Source: the human T2T-CHM13v2.0 reference genome, Homo sapiens. Taken from it: DNA of 64,000 nucleotides. The translations under genes were made by a program, and so were the position numbers. The notes under the pieces were generated by a model, which was not told the DNA's origin, made no database searches, and saw only the letters and a list, made by a program, of their open reading frames with translations. Location of the stretch: the NCBI RefSeq assembly GCF_009914755.1, contig NC_060946.1; one strand, 5' to 3'. This document shows positions 15,028 through 27,917 of this stretch, one piece after another; the first letter of the stretch is position 1, and the number at the start of each line of letters is the position of its first letter.

Positions 15028-15074
15028 GCATTCCACTGTAGATATATAAATATATCACACATTGAAATACACAT

Positions 15075-15367
15075 GGCTGGGCATGGTGGCTCACGCCTGT
15101 AATCCCAGCACTTTGGAAGGCTGAGGTGGGTGGAACATGAGTTCAAGAAATCTATATCATCCTGGCCAACATGGTGAAACCCCGTCTCTACTAAAAATAC
15201 AAAATTAGCTGGGCATGGTGGTGCATGCCTGTAATCCTAGCTACTCAGGAGGGTGAGGCTGGAGAATCGCTAGAACCCGGGAGGCGGAGGTTGCGGTGAG
15301 CCTAGATAGCTCCATTGCACTTCAGCCTGGGCAATAAGAGCAAAACTCTGTCTCAAAATAAATAAAA
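15075..15367 (+). mobile_element. Alu (AluS-type)
   Basis: Dimeric Alu; TSD gaaatacaca / gaaatgcaca. Confidence 0.96.
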
Positions 15368-15447
15368 GAAATGCACACACAAACATACACACCCATAGCA
15401 ATCACTAGGCATGGGTGCATGGATTATCTCATTTAATTTTCGCAACT

Positions 15448-15672
15448 GCTGTCTTAGTCTGCTAGGGCTTCCATAATAAAATATCATGAAAGAGAGAGAG
15501 AGGGAGATCTTTCTCTGATGCCCGCTTATAAGGACACCAGTCTCATCATGAATGCCCAACCCCCATGACCTCATCTAATCCTAATTACCTTCCAAAGGTC
15601 TCATCTCCAAATACCATCACATTGTGGGTTAGGTTGAAATTTGGTGGAGACACAAACATCCAGTTCATGATA
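15448..15672 (-). mobile_element. MLT1A-like MaLR LTR with internal deletion
   Basis: tgtcttagtctgctagggcttccataataaaatatca ... catgacctcatctaatcctaattacc ... gacacaaacatccagttcat. Confidence 0.8.
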
Positions 15673-16117
15673 GCCACGCTATGAGTTAGCTACTAGCATT
15701 TTTCTTATTTTATATATGAGGAAACAGGCATAAAGAGGTGAAGTAACTTACAGTCACTTGAACTGGTAAGAAGCAGATTTGGGCTATTTATGTTGTGAAT
15801 AGAAGCAGTTAGAATCTGTATTTGCAGTTCTTATTTATTTTATTAGTTCTTACATGAACTTGGGTTTTTTAGATTACAGCTTTTTGCTTGCTACTCTCAT
15901 GCTCAGCGTGCATCTGCCTGCATGGTTGAGTGAGGGGTGGGCAGTGTCTTCACCAGAATGCACCACTCTATGACAATTTATACTGGGGCGTCAGATGGCC
16001 ATGCAGGTCTTCCCTCTTCCCGGTGAACCACCAGAGGCAGTTTTGTCTTCCCTCCTGCCAACACACCTCAGCCAAGAGAGTTTTGTTTTATCAGAGAGGT
16101 TCTAATAACTCTCAAGC

Positions 16118-16415
16118 TTTTTTGTTGTTGTTGAGACGGAGTTTCAATCTTGTCATTCAGGCTGGAGTGCAATGGCGTGATCTCGGCTCACCACAACCTC
16201 CGCCTCCTGGGTTCAAGTGATTCTTCTGCCTTAGCCTCCTGAGTAGCTGGGATGACAGGTGCCTGCTACCAGGCCTGGCTAATTTTTTGTATTTTTAATA
16301 GAGATGGAGTTTCATCATGTTGGCCAGGCTGGTCTTGAACTCCCGACCTCAGGTGACCCGCCTGCCTCAGCCTCCCAAAGTGCCGAGATTACAGGCATGA
16401 GCCACTGCACCTGGC
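16118..16415 (-). mobile_element. Alu (AluSq/Sx-like)
   Basis: Reverse Alu; TSD aactctcaagctt / aactctgaaactt. Confidence 0.96.
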
Positions 16416-16624
16416 AACTCTGAAACTTAAAAGCAACAGGCTCCAAATAAGTGCTGGCCCCTTTGCAGCTCTTAGGCTTCTCAGCCTCCACACAAATGTG
16501 CTCTTTTGTCATCCAGTGGCCAGTCTGTTTACTGCCACTGACGCTGCTCCTTGCTCCTTGTCCTTAAGCCTTATCCCTGACTAGAGCTCAAACTCATTAG
16601 TGCCCAAGGCCTGGGCCAGGAGAG

Positions 16625-16895
16625 GATAATAGCATGAGGTTTAAAGACTCCAAACACTTACAGGGGTGAAGTGTGCAGATTCTGATGCCAGATGCTCTGT
16701 GTTCTAATCCTGGCACCTCTTGTGCAACTTTCGGCAATTTACTGGACTTCCTGTGCCTCCATCCCAATGTCTGAAAACTGGAGATCCCAATAGTAACTCA
16801 TAAGGTTTTTTGAGAGGGTTAAATGATATGATACACACAAAGCACTGAGAACAATGTTTGGCATACATAAAGCGCACCATAAATGTGACCTATTA
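16625..16895 (+). mobile_element. MIR SINE
   Basis: tagcatgaggtttaaagactc ... ttctaatcctggc ... cctgtgcctc ... aaagcactgagaacaatgtttggcatac. Confidence 0.7.
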
Positions 16896-17358
16896 TAAAT
16901 ATGAATCTTAGATGTACCACTGCTTACCTACATGACGGAGGGCATTTCATTCAGCTTCTCCAGCTTTGGTTTCTTCATATGTAAAATGCAACAGATGGAA
17001 ATAAAAACCATATTAAGGCTCCAGGAGATCTGGTTTCTAGTTCCAATCTGTCACTAGTCAGCTCTGGATATTAGCAAGTAATTCTGTCTCATTGTGCCTC
17101 AGTGTTTGCCTATAAAATGAGAACAGAATCAGATCATCTGTAAAATCCTGTTATCCTAAAGATATGTTTCTGCTATCTTAGTATATTGCTGGGTGCAAGG
17201 TAAGTGTTCAATACCAATGATCCTGTAAATCCATAACATGTTTTTATTGTTCATATATAATTATGATTATTTCATGGGGTTGTACTGAATGGGAATATGT
17301 AAAGTTTCATTTGTTATTTACAACAATCCTATGAGAGAGTAATATTGACGAAGCCAGC

Positions 17359-17780
17359 TGTATTAGTCTGTTCTCCAATTGCTATAAAGAAATATGTGAG
17401 CCAGGGTAATTCATAAAGAAAAGATGTTTAATTGGCTCATGGTTCTGCAGGCTGTACAGAAAGCATGATGCTGGCATCTACTTGGCTTCCAGGAAGGCCT
17501 CAGGAAACTTACAATTACGACGAAGGCGAACAGGGAGCAGGCACTTTGCTTGGCCAGAGCAGGAGCAAGGCAGAGAAGAGGGGAGGTGCTACATACTTTA
17601 GAATGTCCAGATCTCATGAGGCCTCACTATTGCAAGGAAATTGCCAAGGGGAATGGTGCTAGATTATTCATGAGAAACTGCCCCCACGATCCAACCGTTT
17701 TTCACCAGGCCTCACTACTAATATTGGGGATTACAATGTGATTTGAAATTTGGGTAGGGACACACATCCAAACTATATCA
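17359..17780 (-). mobile_element. MST-family (MSTA/MSTB) MaLR solo LTR
   Basis: tgtattagtctgttctc ... ttaattggctcatggttctgcaggctgtacag ... ccaaactatatca (TG...CA ends). Confidence 0.92.
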
Positions 17781-20329
17781 TGTAGCTAACATGGTTTCAG
17801 GGCTTACTGTATTTCGTATAAATTCCTCCCATGCTCTGCTTCATTCAGTCTCCACAATAGTGCTCTGAATTAGGTATTATCCTTATTCCCATTGTTCAGA
17901 TGAGAAAGTAGAGGCTTGGAGGTTTAAGTAATATGTTTTGTGTTACTTTGGTGGAGCTGGAGCTGAAGAATAGGGCATAAGATGACTGCTCCATAGACAG
18001 GCAGTTATTAATAAACCCACCTGACAGAGAGAGACTCTGAAGCTCGGTCAGGAAATAATAGGTCCAAATTCACTTACAAGTGAGCAACAAGGTCAAAACC
18101 AGAATCCAGGCTTTCTCTTCCCTCATCTGGAGTGTGCTCCACTGTGCAGCCTCTCAAGCCCTCTTGCTTGTGGAATAAATGAATACAAATGAATGCTGAA
18201 TTTGTATTCATTTCCAGCTAACTGGCAGATTTACACTAACCAGCAGATTTACACTTTCTCCGCAGCACACCTTCAACAAACACATCCTCATGCATACTCT
18301 TTTCAGTCTTTGGGGATCTGTCTTCTCTCTCTGACTCACTCCCTGGCCCTGGCAAACTAAAGTCGTAGCCCTGTCTGTGAGCATGTCGGTACCAGACCCC
18401 AACAAAGGCTACGGTAAGCACTGAGAAACAGGGGCAGATCGTACTGCTTTACTTGGTAGTGAAATCAAAGACGGAGGTCCCCAAGTGCAGATGACAGAAG
18501 TTCCCAAGACAAAATGAGCCACAGGAATTCCCAGGGCTGGCAGCAGATGTGAGAGGTTTTGGAAGAAATTACCCAGGCTAATTAAATGTGAAATAATACA
18601 TAAAGGGAGCAAGAAAGTCCTGTGTTCCCTCTCTTTAATGTGCCTACATTCACAGGGCATCTGTCATTTTGGTACCAAGTCTCAGAAAACAGCCTCAAAG
18701 GAGAAATCCAGGTAAGAAGTTCCACTCTGCTTGAAATAGAGAACAAAGATATTACCAGAAGAATTAATGAGTACATTAATGAAAGATAAGTAATAGTGCA
18801 GAAGGGCCAAATACAAGGCTTAGCCCAAGGAATGAGTTTGATAAATGTTTGTTGAATGAATTCTTCTATTCCTTTAGTCACTTAGGTCCAACATAGCTGC
18901 CATAATGCCAGGTTAAGTGATAGAATTTACAATGAAACAAGTCTGAATCCACACCTTCGGACTGCTGCTCACTAGTTCCGTCAATCTAGAAGGGTTGCTA
19001 TCTACTCTAACCCTGTTTCTTATGTATACATTTATTTATAGCATTTTCTTGAAAATTAAGTGAACCTAAAAAAATAATTCAGTGATCACCACATTTATTG
19101 TGACAGATCTAAGCATTTGATGATACGAAGGCCACTCAGAGAGTTTCTCCGAATTGCACCATTCATGCGTTCCTTCAACAAGCCTGTTTTGTTGGAGGAG
19201 CTGATCTGATCTTCCCCTCAGACTGAAAGGAGCATGCGAGGCAGCTTAGAAAAGCAAAGTTCAACCTGAACACAGGAAGACATTATTTAAGCCTGAATAA
19301 CTCTGCTCTGGGGAGCTGTACTAAGGTTAAAATAATTTTGCATGCAGATATAGTTGTTCATTGACACCAGAGGGTAAAGTCATATCTCTCTGGCTGGGAT
19401 TGGGTTTCCTTGAAAGTAGGGGACAACCAAACTGCCAATCTGACGAGAAGAGGGAGATCCCGAAGTGGAAAAAGGGGACCCAGAAGGTGGGCCTTCATCT
19501 GGGTAGGAAGAGAAATTCTCCCCTCTGAACCACCAGACACGTAGGGTCTCAGGGCTGGGGGTGGCTACATGGCCTGGGTCTGTAGAGTCATATCTCAGAG
19601 GTTTAAGGTCCTGCTAATATGATTTATGTAGATGTGAATTTTGAAATATTAATGTAAATGTGATGATAATGTGTCTCCTGAGCTAGGAAATCCAAAAAAG
19701 CTACCCCAGAGAGGTTACATTTATTTTATTTTTTTTCCATGGGAATTGAGAACTGCATAACAGACACAATTTCTGTAATCACACTGGCTTCAAGAAACCT
19801 CAGAGGAGAATTTGTGATCAACCCAAATATTCATTGAAAAACGTTGACTGAGTGCCTACGCTGGGCCAGACTTTCAATGTCTGTTTCCTGACTTTGCTGA
19901 TTTTTTTTCCTTTTTTTTAAAAAAAATTGTTTTTAATTTATGCCATCTTGTCTTTTTTATGTTCTCTTATAAAAGCCTGAAATTCTTTCTGAAACAAGGC
20001 AGGTTGTAATTAAACTATGTGATACAACTGCTTAAGGAAACTGACCCATCTTAAGATGCATTAATCATCATTTCTCACATTCATATAGTTTTACAATTTA
20101 CAAGGAATTTTGCTTCCATTATTTCAACTGATTTGCATGTCAATGTTTTGAAGTAAACAGGGATTATTATTCCCATTTTATCAAGAAGAAAGCTGAGTTT
20201 CGGTGTGGTTAGAAGATTTGCTTGAAGTAGGTGGATCGTGGACTTGAATCCCTTACAATTACATTTACTCCAGTTTTCTTTGCATTCTACCAAGTTAGAT
20301 CATATATTATGTAACATAATATTCTCATT

Positions 20330-20570
20330 GTACCCAGAGGAGGCCAGGCCATGTTTGGAATATGATGTTCAATTGTACAAGCCTTGTCATATTTGCAGAA
20401 TAGAATGGCCATGATGAAGAGTCCAGATGCCATGACATATGGAGAATTATCAAAGGGCTAGGAATAATAGCCTGATCCATCTCAGATCATCAGCTGTTCT
20501 AAAGTATTGTACCATGTGGGCAGACACCTGTCCTTAAAATTTTGTGGGATAGAGATTGAGCCAATGGATG
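20330..20570 (+). mobile_element. L3/CR1 LINE fragment (upstream piece)
   Basis: atgaagagtccagatgccatgacatatggagaa ... agggctaggaataatagcctg resembles the CR1 C-terminal region. Confidence 0.5.
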
Positions 20571-20619
20571 GATGGAAGAAGAATCCTATGAGGTTGTGCT
20601 TGCCTCCTGGTTGCTTCTC

Positions 20620-22045
20620 CAACAACCATTCTGCCTGCAAGGGTAAGGATAATTCAACAAACAGGGTTAGGCAGTATAATATTATTATCTCACATAGCTG
20701 GAATTAGTGAGCTCTAGTTGGGAAGGGATCCAAACATGGACCTCTTAGAAGCTCAGTGATACCTTTGTTGACTGAGTCCTTTCCATTTCCATTCTGTGGT
20801 CAGTAACAACAGCTTCATTCTAAGGCTGACACCATTATAGTCACAAAAAAACTCTTCTGGTGGCAATCTGGACTATACACTTTCCCATTTATCTCTATGA
20901 AGGAGAGAGGAAAACCTCTTCCCCGGACACAGAATATAATCTTTCCCCTTTGTTTTATTGGTTCAACTTCAGCTGCTGCCTAACCCCAGACCAATCACGG
21001 TCACCAGAGGAGTTCCATGCACTGATTACATGAGGCTAATCAGGAATTAAGCATGGAATCTACCCAGTGATAAAGTAGCTGCCTCTGAGTCACATGGACT
21101 GCATGGCAGGAGTGTAGACACATGAATACAGTTTTATTGCTGTTGGAAGGCCAGAATTCAGAAGGATTACAGGGTAGCCAAGAACAGTGGTCCCCAACCT
21201 TTTTGGCACCAGGGACCAGTTTTGTGGAAGACAGTATTTCCATGGATAGGGTGGGGGTTGGGAGCAGGGATGATTTCGGGATGAAACTGTTCTACCTCAG
21301 ATCATCAGCATTAGTTAGATTCTCATAAGTAATGTGCAACCTCTCTTGTGCAGTTCACAATAGAGTTTGCACTCCTATGAGAATCTAGTGGCACTGCTGA
21401 TCAGACAGAGGCAGAGCTCAGGCAGTAATGCCCACCCACCCGCCGCTCACCTCCTGCTGTGCAGTCTGGTTCCTAACAGGGCATAGATCCATACCAGTCT
21501 GTGGCCTAGGGGTTGGAGACCCTTGGCCAAGAGTGTTTGTTACACCCCCTTCCACTCAAACACTTCCACATCACTATACTCCCCTTCTGCATCATAACAT
21601 AATGGCCTTGGAATCCTTGACTTAGGCTAAATCAGTAGCTGTGTTTTATCATTCTGGCCCCATGAATTATGAGGTCTTAATCCTGTCTAATTAGAGTAAG
21701 CCTCACCACTTATTCCAGTTTGATTATCTGGAATAAAAGCTCTTAATCTCTTACTCAAGATAATGGTGGTGTGTGGCTAGAAGACCCTAGAACTGCTTTT
21801 GACACGTTTTCCTATTATAAAAAAGTAGTCAAATGAGAGTGCTGACACATGGAAGATGTCAGGGCATAAAGGATTGCCAAGAAATGGAATCAGAGCCTTG
21901 AGGACACTATGAACCTCTGGCTCAAATTGTACCTGAAATTCACCTTAACATTGAACCACTCAAGTACTGACTTGAGCAATTCTCACTGTGTCTAAAGCCA
22001 TCTTCAGATGTGCTTTCTGTTTCTTGCAACATGAAGAATACTGAT
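20620..22045. mobile_element. Cluster of old MLT1-type LTR remnants (interrupted by MER1)
   Basis: gaccaatcacggtcaccagagg ... gcactgatt; 3' end ctttctgtttcttgcaacatgaagaatactgatat. Confidence 0.55.
21185..21525. mobile_element. MER1B-like hAT-Charlie element
   Basis: TIRs cagtggtccccaacc ... ggttggagacccttg; 8-bp TSD gccaagaa / gccaagag. Confidence 0.93.
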
Positions 22046-22049
22046 ATGG

Positions 22050-22260
22050 AAGAATCCAGTTCAATCAGATGAATGTGTTTCTAATCATCAGAACTTCCCC
22101 CAAAATAAAACAGGCTCTTGTTCCCCTTTGTCTTCCGTGACTGGAGGTGTTTAGGTAGAGGCTGGCTGGCCATCTGTCCAGGATGCCATAGAAAGGATTT
22201 CTGCATTGGTGGGAAGCTGAATAAACTACCTTCTAAGAAACCCTACAATTCTGATACACT
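22050..22260 (+). mobile_element. L3/CR1 3' end
   Basis: tgactggaggtgtttaggtagaggctggctggccatctgtccaggatg ... ccttctaagaaaccctacaattctga. Confidence 0.7.
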
Positions 22261-22529
22261 AATACCTCTGTAAGGCCAAGATGAAAGTGGAAATTGAGCC
22301 AAAACATGTATAGGAGAATCTAAATAAAAGTTACTTGGATGAAAAATGAGAATTTTCCCTCTGAAGCAGAACTAGAGAGAAGACGTGTTTCATTCATTTG
22401 TTCTTTGATTCATTCATTTATTCAACAGCTGTGCATTAATCTCCAAATACATGCTAGGCACTAAAGATACAGGGAAAAACAAAATCAATATCCTGCTTTT
22501 GTGGAGCTTTCATTCTAGTGGCATGCTAT

Positions 22530-22760
22530 AGTGGCATGCTAAAAGATATGGGCTTTGGATTCAGAAATGTCTGAATGGCAGTCATGACCTCTGTAAGCCA
22601 TGTAGCTTTGGGTTGGCCTCTCTGATCTTCAATTTCTTCATTGTTTAAATGGGAGCTACTAAACCTACCTCATATGGTAGTGTAAAGGTTAAATGAGAAA
22701 ATGTATATATGTAAAGTACTTCAAAAAGACCAAGAACAAAGCAGTTAAGGAATAAATAGT
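22530..22760 (+). mobile_element. MIR SINE
   Basis: atgggctttggattcaga ... ctctctgatcttcaatttcttcat ... aaggttaaatgaga. Confidence 0.65.
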
Positions 22761-23608
22761 ATTTTTCATCCATGGCTATGGCACTAACAGATATGGATTA
22801 AAGGAAAAGTTCCCACATTTCATCTTCTGCATGGTCCCCACCAAGTGTAGATATAGTAAAAATCAGATGATCATGCAGAAGTCTAGAAGAACTTGATTTG
22901 AAATGAATCAGATAAATATAATTTGAATGAGAGCGGTGAAAAATGTCTAAGTTCATGTGTTCGTTCATTCAACAAGAGTATTTCATCTCCAATGAGTTAG
23001 AAACTATTTTAGGTGCTTGGAACCCAACAGTGACCAAAACAGAAAGCATTTATATTCTACTAAGAACAGAAATACACTAAATACAATATAGAGGGATTGT
23101 TATAATGTTACATGGCATTAAATGCCAAATCAATGATACTAATAACTGGCGCTAAGGAAATGGAGAGGAGATAGATGGACCCAAGGGTTTGGGTAGCTAG
23201 AGAAGTTTTGAGTGGGAACATCAGGATGTTGGAAGTACCAGAGCACAGTCCTCAAGACTTGCAGTGCTGCTAAGTAAAGGGGAGACCGTGATGATGTGTG
23301 TAGTGTGGCATCTGTATTTGGAAAATCTGCAAAGGAATTGCATGCCAGGATAGTGTTGATGAACCAATGCATAAACATATGGGGAATGGGATCATTTTTT
23401 ATTTTAATAGAAGATTTCAGCAAATTCAAATCCTGGTTTCATTACTTAATAGGTTACTTTGAGGAATTTGTAACCTAGGTCGTACAGGTGAAATGAGGAT
23501 TCATTGACAGAATGCTTATAATGGACTCGGTATATAGTAAGCTTGAAATAAATGCTTCATTATTATTACATTATTATTAATACTATGATATTAAGGCACA
23601 CTACCAAG

Positions 23609-24285
23609 TGTATTCATTTTCTATTGCTTCTATAACAAATTATGAAAAATTTAGCAGCTTAAAGCAACACGTATTTATTAACTCATAGTTCTTTAGGTCA
23701 AAAATTGGATTCTTTACTAAGGATATCACAAGGCTAAAATCACAGTATCAGCTGGGCTGAGCTTTTTGTTGTTGTTGTTGCTTTTTTTTTTTTTTTTCCA
23801 GAAGGAGTCTCACTCTGTTGCCCAAGCTGGAGTGCAGTGGTGCAGTGGCACGATCTCGGTTTACTGCAACCTCCGCCTCCTGGGTTCAGGCAATTCTCTG
23901 ACTCAGCCTCCCAAGTAGCTGGGATTACAGGCGCCTGCCACCATGCCCAGCTAATTTTTGTATTTTAAGTAGAGACAGGGTTGCACCATCTTGGCCAGCT
24001 GGTCTTGAACTCCTGACCTCATGATCCACCTGCCTCGGCCTCCCAAAGTACTGGGATTACAGGTGTGAGCCACCACCCCCAGCCTGGGCTGAGCTTTTAT
24101 CTGGAGGCTTTGGAGAAAAATCCTCTCCGGAGCTCATTCAAGTTGTTGAAAGAATTCACTTCCTTATGATTGTGGAACTGAGTCCCCATTTCTTTGCTGC
24201 CAGGGACCACTCTGTTCCTAGAGGCTGCTCACATTCCTTCTCACATAGCCCCTTCTTCAAACCAGCAACATTACGTCAAGTCCTT
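23609..24285 (-). mobile_element. MLT1D/E-like MaLR LTR, split by an Alu and cut by a THE1/MST LTR
   Basis: tgtattcattttctattgct ... agcagcttaaagcaacac ... ctcattcaagttgttgaaagaattcacttcctt. Confidence 0.85.
23763..24084 (-). mobile_element. Alu (AluS-type) inside MLT1
   Basis: TSD tgggctgagctttt on both sides; internal 8-nt duplication gtgcagtg. Confidence 0.97.
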
Positions 24286-24525
24286 TGAGATGGTTTGGCT
24301 GTGTCCCCACCTAAATCTCATCTCAAATTGTAATCCAAATTATAATCTCCACCTGTCAGGAAAGGACCTGCTGGGAGGTGATTGGATCATGGGGGTGGTT
24401 TCCCCCATGCTGTGCTCCTGATAGTCAAAGAGTTCTCACAAGATTTGATGGTTTTATAGGTGGAGGTTTCCCCTCTCTATCCCTCTCTTACCTGCGGCCA
24501 TGTAAGACTGCCTGCTTCCCTTTCC
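24286..24525 (+). mobile_element. THE1D/MSTA-like LTR, 3'-truncated
   Basis: tgagatggtttggctgtgtccccacctaaatctcatc ... gccatgtaagactgcctgcttccctt; no LTR 3' end follows. Confidence 0.85.
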
Positions 24526-25244
24526 ATTTCCTTTAGTTGGGCATCAGCAGCCTTGGGCTGAATGTTGGTAAGTTTCCCCAGTATTAATGGCATTTTGCTA
24601 GAGTATGTCACAGATTTCTGGAGCAGGAGAGAAGGTCAACAGTAAGATGCCACATGGTGATGCAAGAGCTAATTATGGGGACATTTTACTCATGTAGATT
24701 CCACTGGCTTACTTGTGAAGAATGGAAGGGTAATTCCTACATTGCAATAGGGGATGAAGCCAGATAAATACAGTCTGCATTGCTTAAAGACAGGGATACC
24801 TTCTGAAAAATGCATCCTTGGGTGATTTTGTCATTGTGTGAACACGTTAGAGTGCACTTACACAAACCTAGGTAGTATAGCCTACTACATACCTAGGCAT
24901 GCGGTATAGCCTATTGCTTCTAGGCTCCAAACCTGTACAGCACGTTACTGCACTGAATGTTGTAGGCAACTGTAACACAGTGGTAAGTCTTTGTGTATGT
25001 AAACGTATCTCTACATGGAAAAGGTACAGTAAAAATAAGGTATAAAAGATAAAAAATGGTACACCTCTACAGAGCACTTACCGTGAATGAAGTTTACAGG
25101 ACTGGAAGTTGCTTTGGGTGAGTTAGTGAGTGAATGGTGAGTGGATGTGAAGGCCCAGGACATTGTTGTGTACTACTGTAGACCTTATAAATACTGTACA
25201 TTTAGTTTACACTGTTTATTTTTAAAGTATTTTTCTTTTATTAA

Positions 25245-25573
<329 letters not shown>

Positions 25574-25735
25574 TTACTGTATCTTTCTTACCTTATAAAC
25601 TTTTTAATTTTTTCAACTTTTTGACTTTTTATGATAGCACAACTTAAAACACAAACTCACTGTACAGCTCTACAAAAATATTTCTTTGTATCCTTATTCC
25701 ATAAGGTTTTCTCTACTTAGAAAATTTTTATTTTA

Positions 25736-26055
<320 letters not shown>

Positions 26056-26233
26056 CTAAAAACTAAGACACAAAAACACACATTAGCCTAGGCCTCCACA
26101 AGGTCAGGATCATCCATATCACTATCTTCTACCTCCACAACTTGTCCCACTGGGCGGTCTTCAGCAGCAATAACACATATTGAGCTGCCATCTCCTAAAA
26201 TAACAATGCCTTCTTCCAGAATACCTTCCGAAG

Positions 26234-27908
26234 GGGAAGCTGATCATAATCTCAAAAGACATAATCCTGAACGCCGTAATCCCAAATATGGAAATCCTGA
26301 AAGATCAAAGTCTCAAAACTATAATTCTGGAAAATATAATTTAAAATTATATTTCAATATATTTATTTACATTTTTTAAAAAATGATTTATTTGAAAACA
26401 TGACAGATCATGGGCCACTTTACACAATACAATAGGCAATAATAGTCTACATATTTTGGCAAGCATGAAGTATACTCAGGTATACTAACAACAGTCACAC
26501 GAGTGTAAGAGCTATGAGCAAAGGAACCATATGCATGAAGAAATAGGTCAAGAAGCAAAATTTTAAATGTGTATTACTGTAGTTGGTAATTGTGTGCACT
26601 CAGCTTTATAACTGCAGTCATCTGAAATACCATGATGGACAAACTAAGTCTTTTGAGATCAGTCAAAAACTTGATGGGTCACCACTGCATCACCACCGCA
26701 CCAGTGGCCCAAAGACTCACGATCTTGAGAAATTTTATCTTTCACGAATGCAGACATATGAAAAGGATACCTCTTCATACAGTGAAGAAGTTTTAACATT
26801 TTTATGCACCATCGCAATGCTTACACACAAAGTCAATGTTGTGGTAATGCACTTTCGTGGAACAATATTTGCAAAAGATGTGTAAAACAATTAGAACTCT
26901 CCAAAAATCTTTATACAGTTTATACCTCCGGTATTGGAAATGATGTGAAGATGAAATACATAGCACAGTGAATTGTAAAAAATAATGCTGATAATTTAAA
27001 ATAGTAAAAAATAACAGAAAAGAAAATTTGACATATGAAAAAGTGTATGAAAATATAGATTATGGGCAATTCCGTGGAGATATTTCATAAGAGCTAGCTG
27101 ACTTTCATGATAATTAACTTTATTTTGATGCCTTACATCACAATGAAGAGGTTTTGTTTTTTTTTCTTTTACGGCATGACTCTCCTCAGATAGTATGTTC
27201 ACATTCATTTTCTATGTGGTGCTTCTCCTTTTGAGTCTTCTGATTCAATATACACTAACGTGAGCATTCTCTATTGAATTTTCTCATCTTCTGTGTCATG
27301 CTTCTAAATTGTTTTGGGAAAGTGGAAATCCGTTCCATACACAGACCACAAATTTGGTGGAAACAATATTGGAAAGTGAATAGAATCACTGTTGCTTAAG
27401 TGTCTTCTTATGCTAAGATAGACATCATTATTTTGAACCAATCAGTAACTTCATTGACTTCTTCAAGTAAATGTGGCTTTAATTCGTTAAAACCTCCTGG
27501 AATGTCATCAGATGGAGGGGATATCAATGCAGGCAAATGATGTGTTTTTAAGATGAAGTTTTCATTATTGCTGTGTTGCACGTCCAATCCACTCATCTGC
27601 ATTTTCTGCCAAATGTATTGGGCTAAACGGAAAACACAAACTTTATTGGTAACACTTTGAACTTTTAGAAGCCTTGATCTCACCCAATTACAAATCTGTG
27701 ATTATGTTTGGGGATTCAATTAAAATCAATTTTTTCTGCATAAAGCCAATAACATGGTAGCATTCCTACCTAACATGATGCAACTATCCTGTGTGAATTT
27801 TTGAGATTTTAGACACTAGGGGTTTTAGACTTTAGGGATGTTAATCTTTTGGGATTTCAATATTTGGGATTACAGCATTTGAGATTGTGTCTTTCAGGGT
27901 ACAAACCC
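26234..27908 (-). mobile_element. Ricksha-type Mutator-like (MULE) DNA transposon nested in Tigger3
   Basis: Long TIRs built of aatccc subrepeats (gatcataatctcaaaagacataatcctgaacgccgtaatccc versus gggattacagcatttgagattgtgtctttc); 9-bp TSD cttccgaag / ctttggaag; Tigger3 sequence resumes across the site. Confidence 0.85.
27240..27740 (-). pseudogene. MULE transposase C-terminal remnant
   Basis: Translations ITDL*LGEIKASK, VTNKVCVFRLAQYIWQK (decayed CxxH), LFPPNLWSVY and QNNLEA*HRR*EN; overlaps ORF 27408..27683. Confidence 0.8.
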
Positions 27909-27917
27909 CTTTGGAAG

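Noticed and set aside
18295-18720. Two strong plus-strand GT donors (CG|GTAAGC, CAG|GTAAGA)
   Set aside because: Such sites are frequent by chance; no coherent reading frame with other candidates
22516-22541. Micro-duplications (also near 458-479, 18225-18255, 54134-54163)
   Set aside because: Ordinary 10-18 bp slippage products
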